Shown: piece by piece, positions 26,659 to 39,264 of the stretch
Layout: each line of letters starts with the position of its first letter
Position numbering within the stretch: the first letter of the stretch is position 1
Source: the human T2T-CHM13v2.0 reference genome, Homo sapiens
Assembly: GCA_009914755.4 (NCBI GenBank)
Contig: CP086569.2
Coordinates: forward strand, 19,488,001 to 19,552,000
Direction: 5' to 3'
Length of the DNA: 64,000 nt
Translations under genes and position numbers: made by a program
The notes under the pieces: model-generated
Told to the model about the DNA's origin: nothing
Seen by the model: the letters and a program-made list of their open reading frames with translations, nothing else
The model's database searches: none

Positions 26659-28018
26659 TAGAAAACAAAAACTGTTGATTAAACGTGGGAAAAGTACCCA
26701 AAGAGAGGGCAAAAGATAGATGAATCAATATGGGCTTCCAAATACTTAAGAGTAGAACGGTCTTTATAGCGAGACATGAGATTAACCATAGCACCAATTC
26801 CCAAGCCAGGGAGGTGGGTTCACAGTGGTTGAGATGCAGCCATTCTGAGAAGTCCTACAAAACACTGACTGGTCTAAGGAAAGTTAAAGGCTCTAGGTAT
26901 TAGCTCCCTCTGCTGGTAATCTGGAAAGCTGTGGAAAGGTAAAAACGACATTTATTTTGTATATATCCTGAGAGAGAGAAAACAGGAGTGGAGAAAATTG
27001 AGGTAGGGAAGTGATAAACTCTCTCTGCCAAAATGTTGTTCCTTATTTTTCTCTCTCTCTCTCTCGATTAGTTTACCTTTTCATTATTGCCAAAAGGAGA
27101 CTAAGGCAGGCAGAGGTTGTCATCCAACAAATCAAATCTATAGAAGTGCAAAAACAACATTAAAGAAGATGGAGGCATATTCTTTAATGAAGTAAGATTC
27201 CTGGAGTATCTATGGGTGCCAATTAAGAAAACATTCCCAGTGGAAAATAAGGCTTATTGCACAAACTATAGACAGATGCGCTTGCTGTCAATCCCAGGTA
27301 AGATCTGAAGAATGAAATATTTGTCAGCACTTAGAACAAGTGAATAACACAAGAGAAACAGGTTCACCCAGTGCAGGTAAAGTCAGACTACCATACTTTC
27401 TCTGTTGAGCACAGAGCTGGTAAAAGCTGCAGGTGTAGAAATGTGGAACTCAGTTGCTCTACATAAACACATAAAACTATCAGACCTGAAGGACTGAAGT
27501 TAACAGCAAAATGTATGATCTGTTCAAGTATTAATAGCCTCTCCAAATATTCTGTCTGGTCTTACTGTAAGCTTGTGATAGAATCTCATTCTCTTTTTCA
27601 TTTTAATGTTTAATATTTCAAAAGCAAAAGCCTAGTGTTTGTTCTTCTTAATTTCTACTTTCTAATTCTAGGTGCTATGACCTTTATAAACAAGAACTCT
27701 ACTTGGCAATAAACACTAGAATATTTTGACATATAGAGTAATTTTTGTACTCTCATAATTCTGAATTTGAAAATTAAACATGCATACTTAAAATTCAAAA
27801 GCTTCAACCCTCTGCTTCATCACTGCTTCTCTTCCTCTTAGTAAATCCATGGCTTTTACTTAAATTTGCCTGTGGCCATAAATTCTCTTTATTTCAATCT
27901 ACATAGAAAATCATTAACTTTTAGCAAGAAAACTGATGAAAGCCAAATGGGTGTAAACAAATATACTGTTTCATAAATTCCACAAAGCAACAATTTCAAT
28001 TTCAAGAGAATCCAACTT

Positions 28019-28306
28019 GGCTGGTTACTGTGGCTCACAACTGTAATCTTAGCACTTTGCGAGGCCAATGCAGTCAGATCACCTGAGGTCAGGAGTTCAA
28101 GGTCAGCCTGGCTAACACTGTAAAACCACATCGGTAACAAAATGCAAAAATTGGCCTGGCATCATGAAGGGCACCTGTACTTTCTGCTACTCAGGAGGCT
28201 GAGACAGGAGAATCACCTGAACCTGGGAGGCAAAGGTTCTGGTGCTCTGATGATTACCACTGCAGTCCAGCCTCGGTAACAGAAAAAAAAAAAAAAAAAA
28301 AAAAAA
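28019..28306 (+). mobile_element. Alu SINE with ~30-nt poly(A) tail
   Basis: 'ggctggttactgtggctcacaactgtaatcttagcactttgcgaggcc' ... 'cagcctcggtaacagaaaaaaaaaaaaaaaaaaaaaaaaa'. Confidence 0.9.
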
Positions 28307-28504
28307 TCCAACCTCAGAGTTTGAATCTTTTCAATCTGTTGGAAAGCAAAGTTTCAAAATTTAGTCAACTAGATGTTCTAGCTGCATATAAATTGACTCT
28401 CCTACTTTCTGTTAAACTGTACTTTCATATGTTCTTAACATCCCTTATGTAATATATGCTACTTAATGCTTTAACAATTCTCAGGCCTTTATAAAAAAAA
28501 AAAT

Positions 28505-28778
28505 TGACAGTACCCTGTCCTGCGGCCTAGCCTTTAGTGCATCTGTGTGGTCTTGACTCACTGCAACCACTGCCTCCTGGGCTCAAGGTACCCTCCTATC
28601 TCAGCCTCCCAAGTAGCTGGGACTACAAGCACACACCAAGAAGTCCAGCTAATTTTTTTGCAGAGATGGGATTTTGTCATGCTGCCCAGATGGCTCTGAA
28701 ACTCTGGATTCAAATGATATGCCCACCTTGGCCTGTCAAGTGCTGGGACTACAGGCATAAGCCACCATACCTCGCCCC
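28505..28778 (-). mobile_element. Alu SINE (minus orientation)
   Basis: 'ctcactgcaaccactgcctcctgggctcaaggtaccctcctatctcagcctcccaagtagctgggactacaagc' ... 'caagtgctgggactacaggcataagccaccatacctcgcccc'. Confidence 0.85.
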
Positions 28779-30799
28779 ATTAACTAAAACTTTCTAAGTT
28801 ATTCAGGAAGAACCATTGAACAAAATGTGCAATCAGCAATAAAGCTCAAAGAGAATATAATTGCATAGTTTTTAGTGGCGGTGCTGTCTGAATGTTTCAG
28901 TTCATGGGACATTCTGACTCAGAGTTAGCAAGCTTATGTGAAGTCCTAAATGAATGCACTATCTTTCCATTTATGTTTTCACAGACCAAGAGTTTACTAA
29001 CTACCTAACACATATCAAGCAGCATACAGGAAGATGGATATACAAATGTAGCCAGATACAGTCCCCATCTCTAAAGACCTCACAATTTAGTCAGGGAGAA
29101 ACAATCACAATAAGACATGATTATTTCATAAGTGAGGTAAATAAACACTGCACGCAGGAATGAAATCCAAAAGATTCGCTCAGTGGGAGTCAGGGAAGGT
29201 ATCAACGAAGTGACTGTCCAGCTGTGTCTTGAAAGACAGTATGCTTTCATCAATAAGAGAAAAGGATCGACATTCCAGGTGAGGAAATACAGCCATGGTG
29301 GTTTGTATGAGGATGACAATCTTCCTCAAAGCCTTCAGATACTCACAGTTAAATAAACAGGAATCTAGTCAGTCACCTATCTTGCAGATGAATTTATTAG
29401 TCTAAACACAATCCAAACATCTCAAAAAACTGTGCTTCCAAAACTCATTTTTATAGCTGGAGCAAGCCCAATTCCCAGGAATGTTATACAGATTTGTAGA
29501 GGGTGCGCCCTTGCATTAAATGACTAGGTCTCATTGAGAAGCCCCAAGCAAGACTTGATGCTAGGGTAAAGCCTTGCTACTTTTGACATCTGGGAGAAGC
29601 AGTTCACGATGTAGGCCAAAAATACTGCTGTAAATCCAGTGTGGTCTAAGACATACCCTCAGAAACAGAATATGCTTTCTTAAGAAAAAAAAGATTCACT
29701 CCCACTTGCCAACATAGAATCCCTGCCACTGCTCATCCTCACCTTCTCTTGTCCGTTTACTCCCGGGATGACCAGATCAAAAGGCCACATGGATGACAAT
29801 TGCAGCCCTGATGACTCCTTTACCCCAGAGACCTTGAACTCTCCTCATTTCCATGGCTCCATCCAATGGCAGCACAGTGCATTTTGTTTCCAGTTTCCAC
29901 CTGAAACCTAGTCCTGCAATTCTCTACTCTTGGACAATTGTTATAATTCCACCTGCCAGTCTCTTTGGATCTAGTTCTTGATCCCTGAGACAGCTACTTA
30001 ACCCTCACTTTCTCCATGGTGTAGCAGTTACTTGCCCTCTCCTCTGCTTCCCTTCACCATGCAAGATAAGCCCAGAATCTGCAGTTAAATAGGCTGCCAT
30101 TCTCACATCAAGTAAGTTAGGCTCTGCAAAGCTCCAGTCCTTCAACATCTCCATCTTTCCAGCCTCACTGAAAAGTGCAGAAGAGACAGATGCTTACAAT
30201 TTCTCCCCAGACCTGCCAAAAAATAAAAATAAAAAATAAACTCACCTACAAGCACATGGTTTGGTCTCATTTAATTTCAGGCTCCCTCAACTACAGCTGG
30301 GCCCTCAATACAAGTGATCAGTCCTCTCTGTTTTAAAGAGCTGTTCTTCTGTTACTCCCATGAGCTACTCTGTACCTCTAAGCTGCTCCTAAAACCCATG
30401 ATCTAATGCTCTAATCTGCCTGAGAAGATGGGAGCTTATTTAGGGTGTGTTTCTCTTAATCCCAACTTGACTGTTCACCTCTGACACTCTTCCTTTTCCA
30501 CTTGTCCCAGAGGAAGCAAATCTGTGTACATATTTCAAGGGCCACCCTTCTTTTTCTTTGCACTCTTTACCACAATTCCTATTGCTTTTCTGGGACCTTG
30601 TTAGCTCAATTGTATCATCTCATTCCTGGATCTTGAACCAACCTACTAATAGCTGCAGGAAATAGTTACACAGTAAAATATTTGTAAATACCACCTCTTG
30701 GTGTTTTGAATTCTCTCAAGGATACTCTTTTCCCAAAAAATGATGGCTTCAGCCGCTGATTGACAAGCCTTCTCAAAATATTTCCTGAACACAGCTACA

Positions 30800-30945
30800 T
30801 TCTTTCCATACTTTCTTTTTGCTCTATTTTAATTTTTGCTATCTCAGCAGCTTAACAAAAGTTTACCTGCAAATTGATCACAAAAATTTAAAAATTTTAA
30901 CTATTACACTCCAATAAGTGTAACAAATACTCTCTTCACATCCAG
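30800..30945 (+). repeat. ~150-bp segment 'ttctttccatactttctttttgc...cttcacatccag'. Also present at 40627-40772 (its copy-B paralogue) and again at 39113-39264 (duplication junction)
   Basis: Direct reading of the three copies. Confidence 0.8.
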
Positions 30946-31146
30946 GCTCAACATTAATGCTCTGTCCAAGTACATTACATTTACTTCATCTTTAGTTTTA
31001 TCTCACTCACTGTATTTGTAGGACTCACTCAAAAGTCATAAACAAATGTCAACATAAATAAAAATAATGTGCAGAATGGTAGAGTATCCCATTATTAAAA
31101 TTTCTAGGTTGTTTTTGATATACCAAAGATTAAGACTTTAGAAGAC

Positions 31147-31290
31147 TGTTGGGGAAACCACCCCCACACCACCCAGCAGGTACCCTGAGTCTAGCGGCGA
31201 CAAAGCTGATAGAAAGAGAGAGACCGAATAAGTGTTGAAAAGGCAGGTCCGGGGGACTGGAGTATTGGAGGCTTCCTCATGGCCCAGAAG
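31147..31290 (-). mobile_element. 144-bp HERV-K-type LTR stub in copy A, at the site orthologous to the copy-B provirus
   Basis: Preceded by the same flank, 'agactttagaagac'. 'tgttggggaaaccacccccacaccacccagcaggtaccctgagtct...catggcccagaag' aligns to the start of both copy-B LTRs. It then jumps to the sequence found at 46304 in copy B. Confidence 0.7.
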
Positions 31291-31384
31291 TAGACGATAA
31301 CATTGATAGTGTTTCTCCCTGGTAGGTATGACTTTAGACATATTTTTCCATCTACTTTTCTGTATTTTTCAAATGCTTTCCAAT

Positions 31385-31862
31385 AAAGGACTCTCCAGCC
31401 ACATGCAGCCATTGACACTGGAAAGGTGGTCAGTCTGAACTGAGATATGCCTTAAATGAAAAAAAACAAAGAGATTTCAAAACTAACTGAAAAAAAAAAA
31501 AAAAAAAAAAAGAAAGTGAATTATCTCATTCGTACTTTTTTTTATTAAACACATGTCGAAATCATATTTTAGATGTATGGGATTAAATATCTTAAAGCTA
31601 ATTTTACCTACTTCTTTAAGTAAAGAAGGACTCTCCAGCCACATGCATCCATTGACAGTGGAAAGGTGACCAGTCTGAACTGAGATGTGCCTTAAATGAA
31701 AAAAAAAAAAAAAAAAAAACAAAGAGATTTCAAAACTAAGTGAAAAAAAAAAGGAAAGTGAATTATCTCATTCGTATTTTTTTTTTTTATTAAACACATG
31801 TTGAAATCATATTTTAGATGTATGGGATTAAATATCTTACAGCTAATTTTACCTAATTCTTT
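31385..31862. repeat. Local tandem duplication, 240-bp unit x2, present only in copy A (single copy in B at ~46400-46640)
   Basis: Unit starts at 31385 and 31625, both reading 'aaggactctccagccacatgca(g/t)ccattgaca(c/g)tggaaaggtg...'. Each unit carries its own A-run. Confidence 0.85.
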
Positions 31863-32910
31863 TTACTGTTTTCAGTGTGACTACTAGAAAACTGAACATT
31901 ATATATATGGTTCAACTGTTGGACCGCACTGCTTCATAATTATCAGTAATATGTTTCTAATGGAATTAAACCCACACTTAATTTAAGGCCTAGTCATGTA
32001 ATACAAATTTCAATTTATCTTCTAACATGTTACCATTACTATTTTAGAATAAGGAAGGTCAAACATTAATTAAGCACATCAGTTTAAACAACTTTCTCCC
32101 GTCTCTATTGAGCATGAAACCAAAAGGCAGGATGGTATTTTCGACCGGCCTTCTAGTACAAAAAGCTCTAGAGAATGGATGGTAGAAATTGGACTTCACT
32201 GGCTACTCTGAGGCAGACTGAATGTTTTCAATTTGCTCTCCCTCTGAGGACCTTGATTTCCTCAAGTAGAATATGAAGCAATGAGTCAATGACTTCTCTA
32301 CTGCTCTGAAAAAAAATAGTCTATAATCTTGTACCTTGGTGGCTATAAAGTTAAAACAAGACATGAGGAAGGACCTTCCAGTTAAGAGAGGTAAAACTCA
32401 ACAAACAGGGCCTTTGAATGGCTGCATGCTTTGGCCAATGTAGCCCTGGCATGCAAGAGGCCAGGAAATGACACTGGAGAGCACTTCCTGGCCTCCCAGG
32501 ATGATTCCAGAAAAAGTAAATTCCCTTGTTGCTTGCAGGTTGCGTCCCCCTAGTTCAAGAAGGAACCACACAATTTGGTAAATCAGGTAACTTCCTTCAT
32601 TCAAAATGAAAACAACAGAATTGAAATTAAGAAAGGAAGAGTATAATTACCTAGAGAATCTCTCATAAATGTCGAACTTGTCTGCATTTCCATGTTACAA
32701 CTCTTCTTAGCTTGATGATAATCTGCCAATTTTTTACAACTATTTTTAACTTGATGATATTTTAGCTTGTTGATGATTTAGGTTTATAGAAACCTAAAAA
32801 AAAATGCATTCAGGTTTTTTTTTTCCTCAGAGCTTTCAGCCACTGTGCAGTCACTGTATACACAATCTTAGTTATATGAAAATATCATTTTATACATCAT
32901 ATATCGTTCC

Positions 32911-33202
32911 TTTTTGTAGAGACAGAATCTTGCTCTCTCACGAAGGCTGGAGTGCAGCGGTGTAATCATGGCTCATGAAAGCCTCAAACTGCTGAGCTCA
33001 AGCAATCCTCTCACTTCAGCCTTCCAAGTAGCTGGACTAGAGGCACCTACCACCACCCACCACATAAAGCTAATTTTAGTTTTTATAGAGACAGGGTCTT
33101 TCTATGTTGTGCAGGTTTGTCTCAAACGCATGACCTCAAGTGATGCTACTGCCTGGGCCTCACAAAATGCTGGGATCACAAGCATGAGCCACTGTGTCCA
33201 GT
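32911..33202 (-). mobile_element. Alu SINE (minus), shared with copy B (47646-47941)
   Basis: 'tttttgtagagacagaatcttgctctctcacgaaggctggagtgcagcggtgtaatcatggctca...'. Confidence 0.9.
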
Positions 33203-33360
33203 CATAGCTTCTAAGAATAAATCTGAGGAAAGGCCAGTCCAAATATGCTACAAAACATGACAGGAATAATCATAAGTATTTATCAATTTAACTATATAAA
33301 AGTTGAATATTTACATATGGTATAAAATTTAAAAATTCACTGCAATAATATGGAGTCATA

Positions 33361-33955
33361 CGAGTTATTAAGAAATCATTTTAAGCAGATAGAGAAAACC
33401 TAGCATTCTTGGAACGTTTTTGTCTCATTTAAAGCAGCTCCAGAAAAGTTTCTTGTCTAGCAGCAAAGCCCTGGCTCTTGGAGTCTGGCAGGCAAAATTT
33501 GATATGCAATTGCCCGCCATTAGAAACTGGGTCCACCAAAACATGGCTTCCTACCCTCTTTCCTTGACTTACCCCCTCATGTGCCTGGCCACATGGCTGC
33601 CCCCACATATCCTCATGTATGCAGAACATCATGGCACCCTGCATCTTCATATTACAAATGTAATGTGGGAGGGCCAGTTTTTTAGGGGCTGTGTGAGTGA
33701 CATTCCTGATCAAACCAATCCCCTGAGCCTATGCAAGTCAGGCACCACCTCCTCCAGTCTCCTCATGTAACTGGCTGGTTTCCTGCCTCACTTGGGGTTT
33801 CCTCTCTCAGCTGTATAGGGAAGCTTCTTCCTACTTTCTTCTTCCTTCTTTCTCGCCTATTAAACTCTCTGCTTCTTAAAACTATTCCAAGTGTGTCTGT
33901 GTTGTTTGACCCAATTAGCAGCATACAAAAGCCCTACTCTTTCTCCACTCATCAG
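33361..33955 (+). mobile_element. MaLR-type LTR (THE1/MST/MLT1-like), copy-A paralogue
   Basis: 'aatgtaatgtgggagggccagttttttagggg' and 'gcctattaaactctctgcttcttaaaactattccaagtgtgtctgtgttgtttgacccaattagcagca' resemble THE1 'tgtgggagggacc...ccattaaacctctttcctttataaattacccagtctcgggtatgtctttattagcag'. A related third copy sits outside the duplication at 55951-56555. Confidence 0.45.
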
Positions 33956-35234
33956 AGCTGAATCATTTTGGTGCATTGGCCGGGAATCCAAGGTACAGTC
34001 TTTGTCCGGGTGGTGAGTATGCAAGCAAGATTAAAACCTGTTCTATCATTCTGAGGTTCTCTGAGCTTCTATATTAAAATAAATCCAATAAATCAATGGG
34101 AATCCATCAGCCTAGTACATACAGTTAGCGCTGACTGCCATAAAAAAAACTTGTATGTGAGACTTGCTGGAGAGAACATGCAGAAAAACTACATTACACA
34201 TGGGCATTGAATTTCTGGCCAGGGCACACCCTGGCATAATTCAGAGGCCTATGGTCTGGATGCAGCCTCCAACAGCCCATTCAGGGTGTTTGCAGAGAAT
34301 AATTAACTATCCTTTTGCAAAAGTCTTCTTCTCCATCTCCAGCCTCTCGCTCCTTCTCTGCATGAAATGGGCAGGGATTATTACAGCCTAGGAAAAGAGA
34401 TTTCCCCTTTTCATCTGTGGTGAGATTACTTGCTACCACTTCTCTGGTGAGGACATAGCATTTCTAAGCCAACATTGCCACCTACTGAGAGTGGAAATCC
34501 TCTAAGAAGCACACTTTGTTCCTGTTTTTCCAATACATCTCCAAAGCTTTCTTTTACACTGTTAGCATTAAGTGCCCTCTTCTGAGATGGGCACTTTCTA
34601 CCTTTAGCAATTAGGAGTAAGATGTTTTCTGAAGACCAATTTTAGTCTCTATAGTGTCCCACTGGCAGGAAAATAATCCTCAATTAGGTTTCTATATTCC
34701 TTTAAAGCATCTATTATCTCTCCTATTAAGATAGGATTTAATTAGTAAGAGGACTTTAAGTCCAGAAGTTAATGGGAACCATTTCACTATGGGTGAAAGC
34801 TTTAGTACTGGCCACAATAGCAGAATATAGAGTTCAATCTAGCAGACACATCTCTAAAGGGGTCTTGCCTAATTGCATGGTTTTTCCAGAAATCCATTTT
34901 TTAAGAAAGTCATACAGGCAACACCACTCTAAGAATTAAAAGGGAAATAAAAGACAGAGGAATACACTGCTGTGGACGGCATAAATAAGACATAAAATTT
35001 AGTTTCTCTGGTGCCATGGCTTAAAGTGTCATGACTGCAGTCATGGGTGTCACTTTTAAATGGGAGCTGAAATTCAGGAGCAAAGAAAGAAAAATAGTTA
35101 CAGAATGCCCCCTACAATACTAGTCTCCATTCCGGATCATATACTGAAAAGAAGGAGACTAAAAGGATGTTTTTATCCTTATGTCTCTTTCTAGATTGCT
35201 AACAGATCATCTTTAGCATCCATTCCCTTGGAAC

Positions 35235-35344
35235 ATATATATATATATATATACATACACACACACACACACACACACACACTTTTATATATGTATAAAT
35301 GTGTATATATAGATGTATAAATACATATAAGTATAAATATACAT

Positions 35345-35386
<42 letters not shown>
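35235..35386. repeat. Compound microsatellite (AT)n(CA)n ... (GT)n
   Basis: Read directly. Its paralogue in copy B is at 50024-50125, with different repeat numbers. Confidence 0.9.
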
Positions 35387-35387
<1 letters not shown>

Positions 35388-35664
35388 CAGAATCTCACTG
35401 TTTCACCCATGCTGGAGTGCATTGGTGAGATCTCAACTCACTGGAAATTCCACCTATTGAGGTCAAGTGATTCTTCTGCCTCAGCCTCATGAGAAGCTGG
35501 AACTACTGGCGCACACCACCACACCTGGCTAGTTTTAGTATTTTTAGTAGAGATGCAGTTTCACCATGTTGCTCAGTCTAGTCTCAAACTCCTGACCTCA
35601 AAATCTGCCCACCACAGCCTCCCAAAGTGCTGGGATTACGGGCGTGAACCACTGTACCTGGCTG
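35387..35664 (-). mobile_element. Alu SINE (minus), shared with copy B (50154-50433). A (GT)n tract replaces or abuts its T-tail.
   Basis: 'ggcagaatctcactgtttcacccatgctggagtgcattggtgagatctcaactcactgg' ... 'cccaaagtgctgggattacgggcgtgaaccactgtacctggctgg'. Confidence 0.9.
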
Positions 35665-38600
35665 GGAGTATTTTAAAGCAACTGGACTCATTCAGCCCTG
35701 AAACTTTGAAGGAAAATTTCTTATTTACTTTTGCACAATGGAATGGCCTTCTTACTACACCTTTGTAAGTGTTGCAAAATAACCAAGTCCATTTAGCGAT
35801 CATATCAGGCAAGCCCAAAGAGAAAAATTTCTCAAAATTAGAGAAGCAAGTTTCAGGGGAACCATCTGAGTATTCCCTTATTTGGGGCCCCTTCAAGTTT
35901 TCTTCTCATTGGAGGAAATTTGGAAAGTAAAGGGAGGCTTACGCCAAATTTCTGATGATCCTGATAGGCATATAGAAGCTTTCCAAAATTTAACTTAGGT
36001 ATTTGACCTCTTATGAAGGAATGTTTTTATCCTCCTAAGCTAAACCTTAACTTCAGCTAAAAGAGGCAGCTGTGCAAGCAAAAGAAAATTGTGGAAATGA
36101 GCAATATGTCTTCTATAGTAGGTGAAAAGGGAAAAGAGCAACTAGGGTAGGCAAATAAATAGGGGAAGTACTATTCCAAATAGGAAAAGGGGCAATACCT
36201 CTTGAAAAGCTTAACTGGAACTCCTTTCTATAGTGTTTTTCATTTTTTGTGTGTGTGATTTAAAATGGCATCTGTCTCTTTCATAATGTTTGTCCAACTT
36301 GGGAAAAGTTAATTTTCCAAACCTTAAAATGCTTGGCTGACAGTTGAGCTAGAAGAAAGGAAACTTAGAAGCCTGATATGCTGGCAAAAGGGAAAAATTT
36401 CTTACCCATTTGGCTTTTGGCTTCTCTCTCACTGAGCAAACTGGTAACAAAGAAAAAAGAGTATTATTGTTTATATTCTAGGTAAATTTATAAATAACAA
36501 AAAAAGATTTGTGAGTTTGGTCTTAAGTTGTAGACAATTTGTGTGCTTTGCGTGTCCTTCTGTACGGTTCTATCAATAAAAGGGTATCTTAAGTGGGGTG
36601 AAGGCCCAGGACCCCATGAGCCTGCTGTTCAAGCCAGACCAACTTAATGGCCAGTAACAAACTGGGCTACAGTCCTACATCTTGTTCCATGTCCTCGGGA
36701 ACATAACCTGTAACCATGTGGCAATACTTTGTTTTAGTCTCTGCCATTTTAGAAAGGTGGTTTTTTCTTCCCATAAGTCAGTTCATAGAAGAGGGCCACA
36801 AAATCTGATAAGCCAGTTTTTCAATCCGGGTGGTCCCAGCCGATCTGTCAAACACAGGGTTTACAAAATATCTCAAGCACTGATGTTGAAAGCAGTTTAG
36901 GGAAGGTCAAAATCTTGTAGCCTCTGCCTCCCTGACACCTAAGCCATGGTCCCTAACCTTGTGGCTAGCTTATTGTTCTGGTTTCCAGGCAAGAGGAAAG
37001 TATATCTTGGGAAGCAGCTGTTATCCTCTTTGTTTTAGACTACAGACGGTATACAAGGCTCCTCCTAAAGTTGGCTCAGCCTAACCCAAAGATGGGCAAA
37101 GACAGCTTGAGGGTGGGAAGTGAAATAGATTTGTTTAGGTCAACTCTCTTTCACTGTCTCCCTCACAGTTTTGCAATGAAAGATTCAAAAGCTATCATTC
37201 CTCTGAAAATACCTTGGACACTTGCGGTTAAGTCATAGCCTAGATTGGTTTTATCTGTGAGGTTACATTTTCTAAAGTTCGAAAACCAAAAATCTTAACT
37301 ACTTGACATGGCTAAAGTTAAGTAATAAGAAATTTTTTAAGAATTTTCTTAAAAATGTTCAGCTTAATTAAAAGTAGATATTCAAGTTATTGATACATTT
37401 AAAATTTTTTTCTGAAAAAAATGGTCTTTTCTTCTCAGTAGACTGAATTATTTTTCCCCATTTTTTGTCTTCACCCTCTTAATGCACGCCTGAGAGGCCC
37501 TAACGTAACTTCTGATAGCACGGGACTCCTGGGGAAAAACAGAGTAGGTGCCAAATTCTCCATATGAGAAAACACACACGCAAACAAAACAAAACCAAAC
37601 ACACATGTTTTGCTCATGAAACCCCCCAAATTGAAAGCAGATGTTTCCCTCCCAATACCAAAGGCTCCGTACTGTTATGCATTGTGTTATTTACCTTTGT
37701 GAGTATTGAGGATATCAAGTTCCTTCACATTATGAGACCTCTTTGGTGTGTAATAACTAGGTAGAAAATGCCCTGTATGAAATGGCTAATAGTAGTTATA
37801 AATCAGAGAAGCATGCTCTTGTCTACCTAAAACATAGAGAAACATCCTCACCCCCGCTCCCTCCACTAAGAAACAAGACTCCCAAAGGGGATGGATTAAT
37901 TGCCTTCTGCTGTGTCTGCTTATTACTCCCTAAAAACTGCAAATTAATGATCCTATTCCTCCAAGGGCTACAACCTGAAGCCAGTAATCCAGTTAAGAAA
38001 CTGGCACATAAAAAAAATCTCTGAATTTTCCGTTTGTGTCGCTATATATGTGGTGTGTGTAATGCCTATAAAAGCAAACTCTAATTAATTGTCTTAAAGA
38101 GAAGTAAGCACTTGAATATGTTTTAGTTCACGTGAGTTTAAGTAATATAGTCTTGAGAATTACTGGTAAGATGCAAGTGTTGTCAAAATGAAAATAGGTC
38201 ATTTAAATGATTCAATTTAGACACCAGATTTGCTAAATGTTCCAAGGTTGTTTCTCACCTGCTTTACAGGTTGGTAAAACCTGGGATACATGGAGTGAGA
38301 GGCTGAAACCTCACACTTTATCTGCACTTCTGTCTGAGTTCTAGGATCCACACCATGTATGTAAGTAAAATGGCCTATTAACCAGGGTGTTCATCAAAAA
38401 TGAAAGTTGCTAAATGTTCACAGTGAACATTAACTAAACTCAAAAGGTTATTGTATGGTCTTTTTTATAACCTTAGCATTGAAATAAAGGAATACCAATG
38501 AGATCTTAAGAAACGAATCTGCCATTTAGTAAAAGAGTTTTGAAAGGTTTGTAAATATTTCACCTCATGGTCAAATTGGTTGAGGTTAAATGAAAGGATC

Positions 38601-39112
38601 TATAAGATTTAATTTAAGCAAATTGAGGTTAACATTAACAAACTGATGAAAGGGTAAAATTTGGCTTTGAGCAGGATGTCATACTCAAATGACAAGTCAC
38701 ATCATAATAAACACTAATAAATGATTTTTACCCTTTGAGCCATCATTTTGGCAAAACAAGTAATTTGTGGAAATCTGGATTCCTATATAAAACCGAGTGT
38801 ACTAAACCTCTAACATTTAACAGGCATCCTAAAACCATAATTCAAGTTGCAAAATTGTCCTTCCTAATGCCTGGCTTTCTGGGTGGTGAGAGGACTTCTG
38901 AAACATTAAGAAAAGACATATACAGGGCTTGTTTAGTCACATGGTATTGCCAAAATGATGTCCAATTTCCTTTAAGTTAAATTTTAGTGAATAATAGTAA
39001 CAGATGTTCCAAAATTGTGTTGGATTTCTAAAATTCTAACGTCTAAGTGTACACTATGCACCATAATTAAGGGTAAATTTGTCGTAAACTATGGAAACAA
39101 GAAATTTCTAAT

Positions 39113-39264
39113 TTCTTCCCATACTTTCTTTTTGCTTTATGTTATTTTTATTTTTTACTATCTCAGGAGCTTTACAAAACTTTACCTGCAAATTGATCAC
39201 AAAAACTTAAAAATTTTAACTATTACGCTATAAGAAGAGCAACAAATACTCTCTTCACATCCAG
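39113..39264 (+). repeat. Junction segment of the tandem duplication: a 152-bp copy of the 30800-30945 / 40627-40772 segment, cut off at 'cttcacatccag'
   Basis: In the other copies the sequence continues 'gctcaacattaatgctctgtccaag'. Here it joins 'tacatcatttttacagctggagcaag', which is the start of copy B. Confidence 0.75.

Larger units (their letters stand above)
29445..39264. repeat. Tandem segmental duplication, copy A (~9.7 kb unit plus a 152-bp junction segment)
   Basis: Colinear homology runs from 29445 to ~39112, matching 39269 to ~54210. Examples: 29451 'ttatagctggagcaagcccaattcccaggaatgttatacag' against 39275 'ttacagctggagcaaggccaattcccaggaatgttatataa'. Two Alus, the microsatellites and the MaLR LTR are all shared in the same order. 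Confidence 0.9.
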
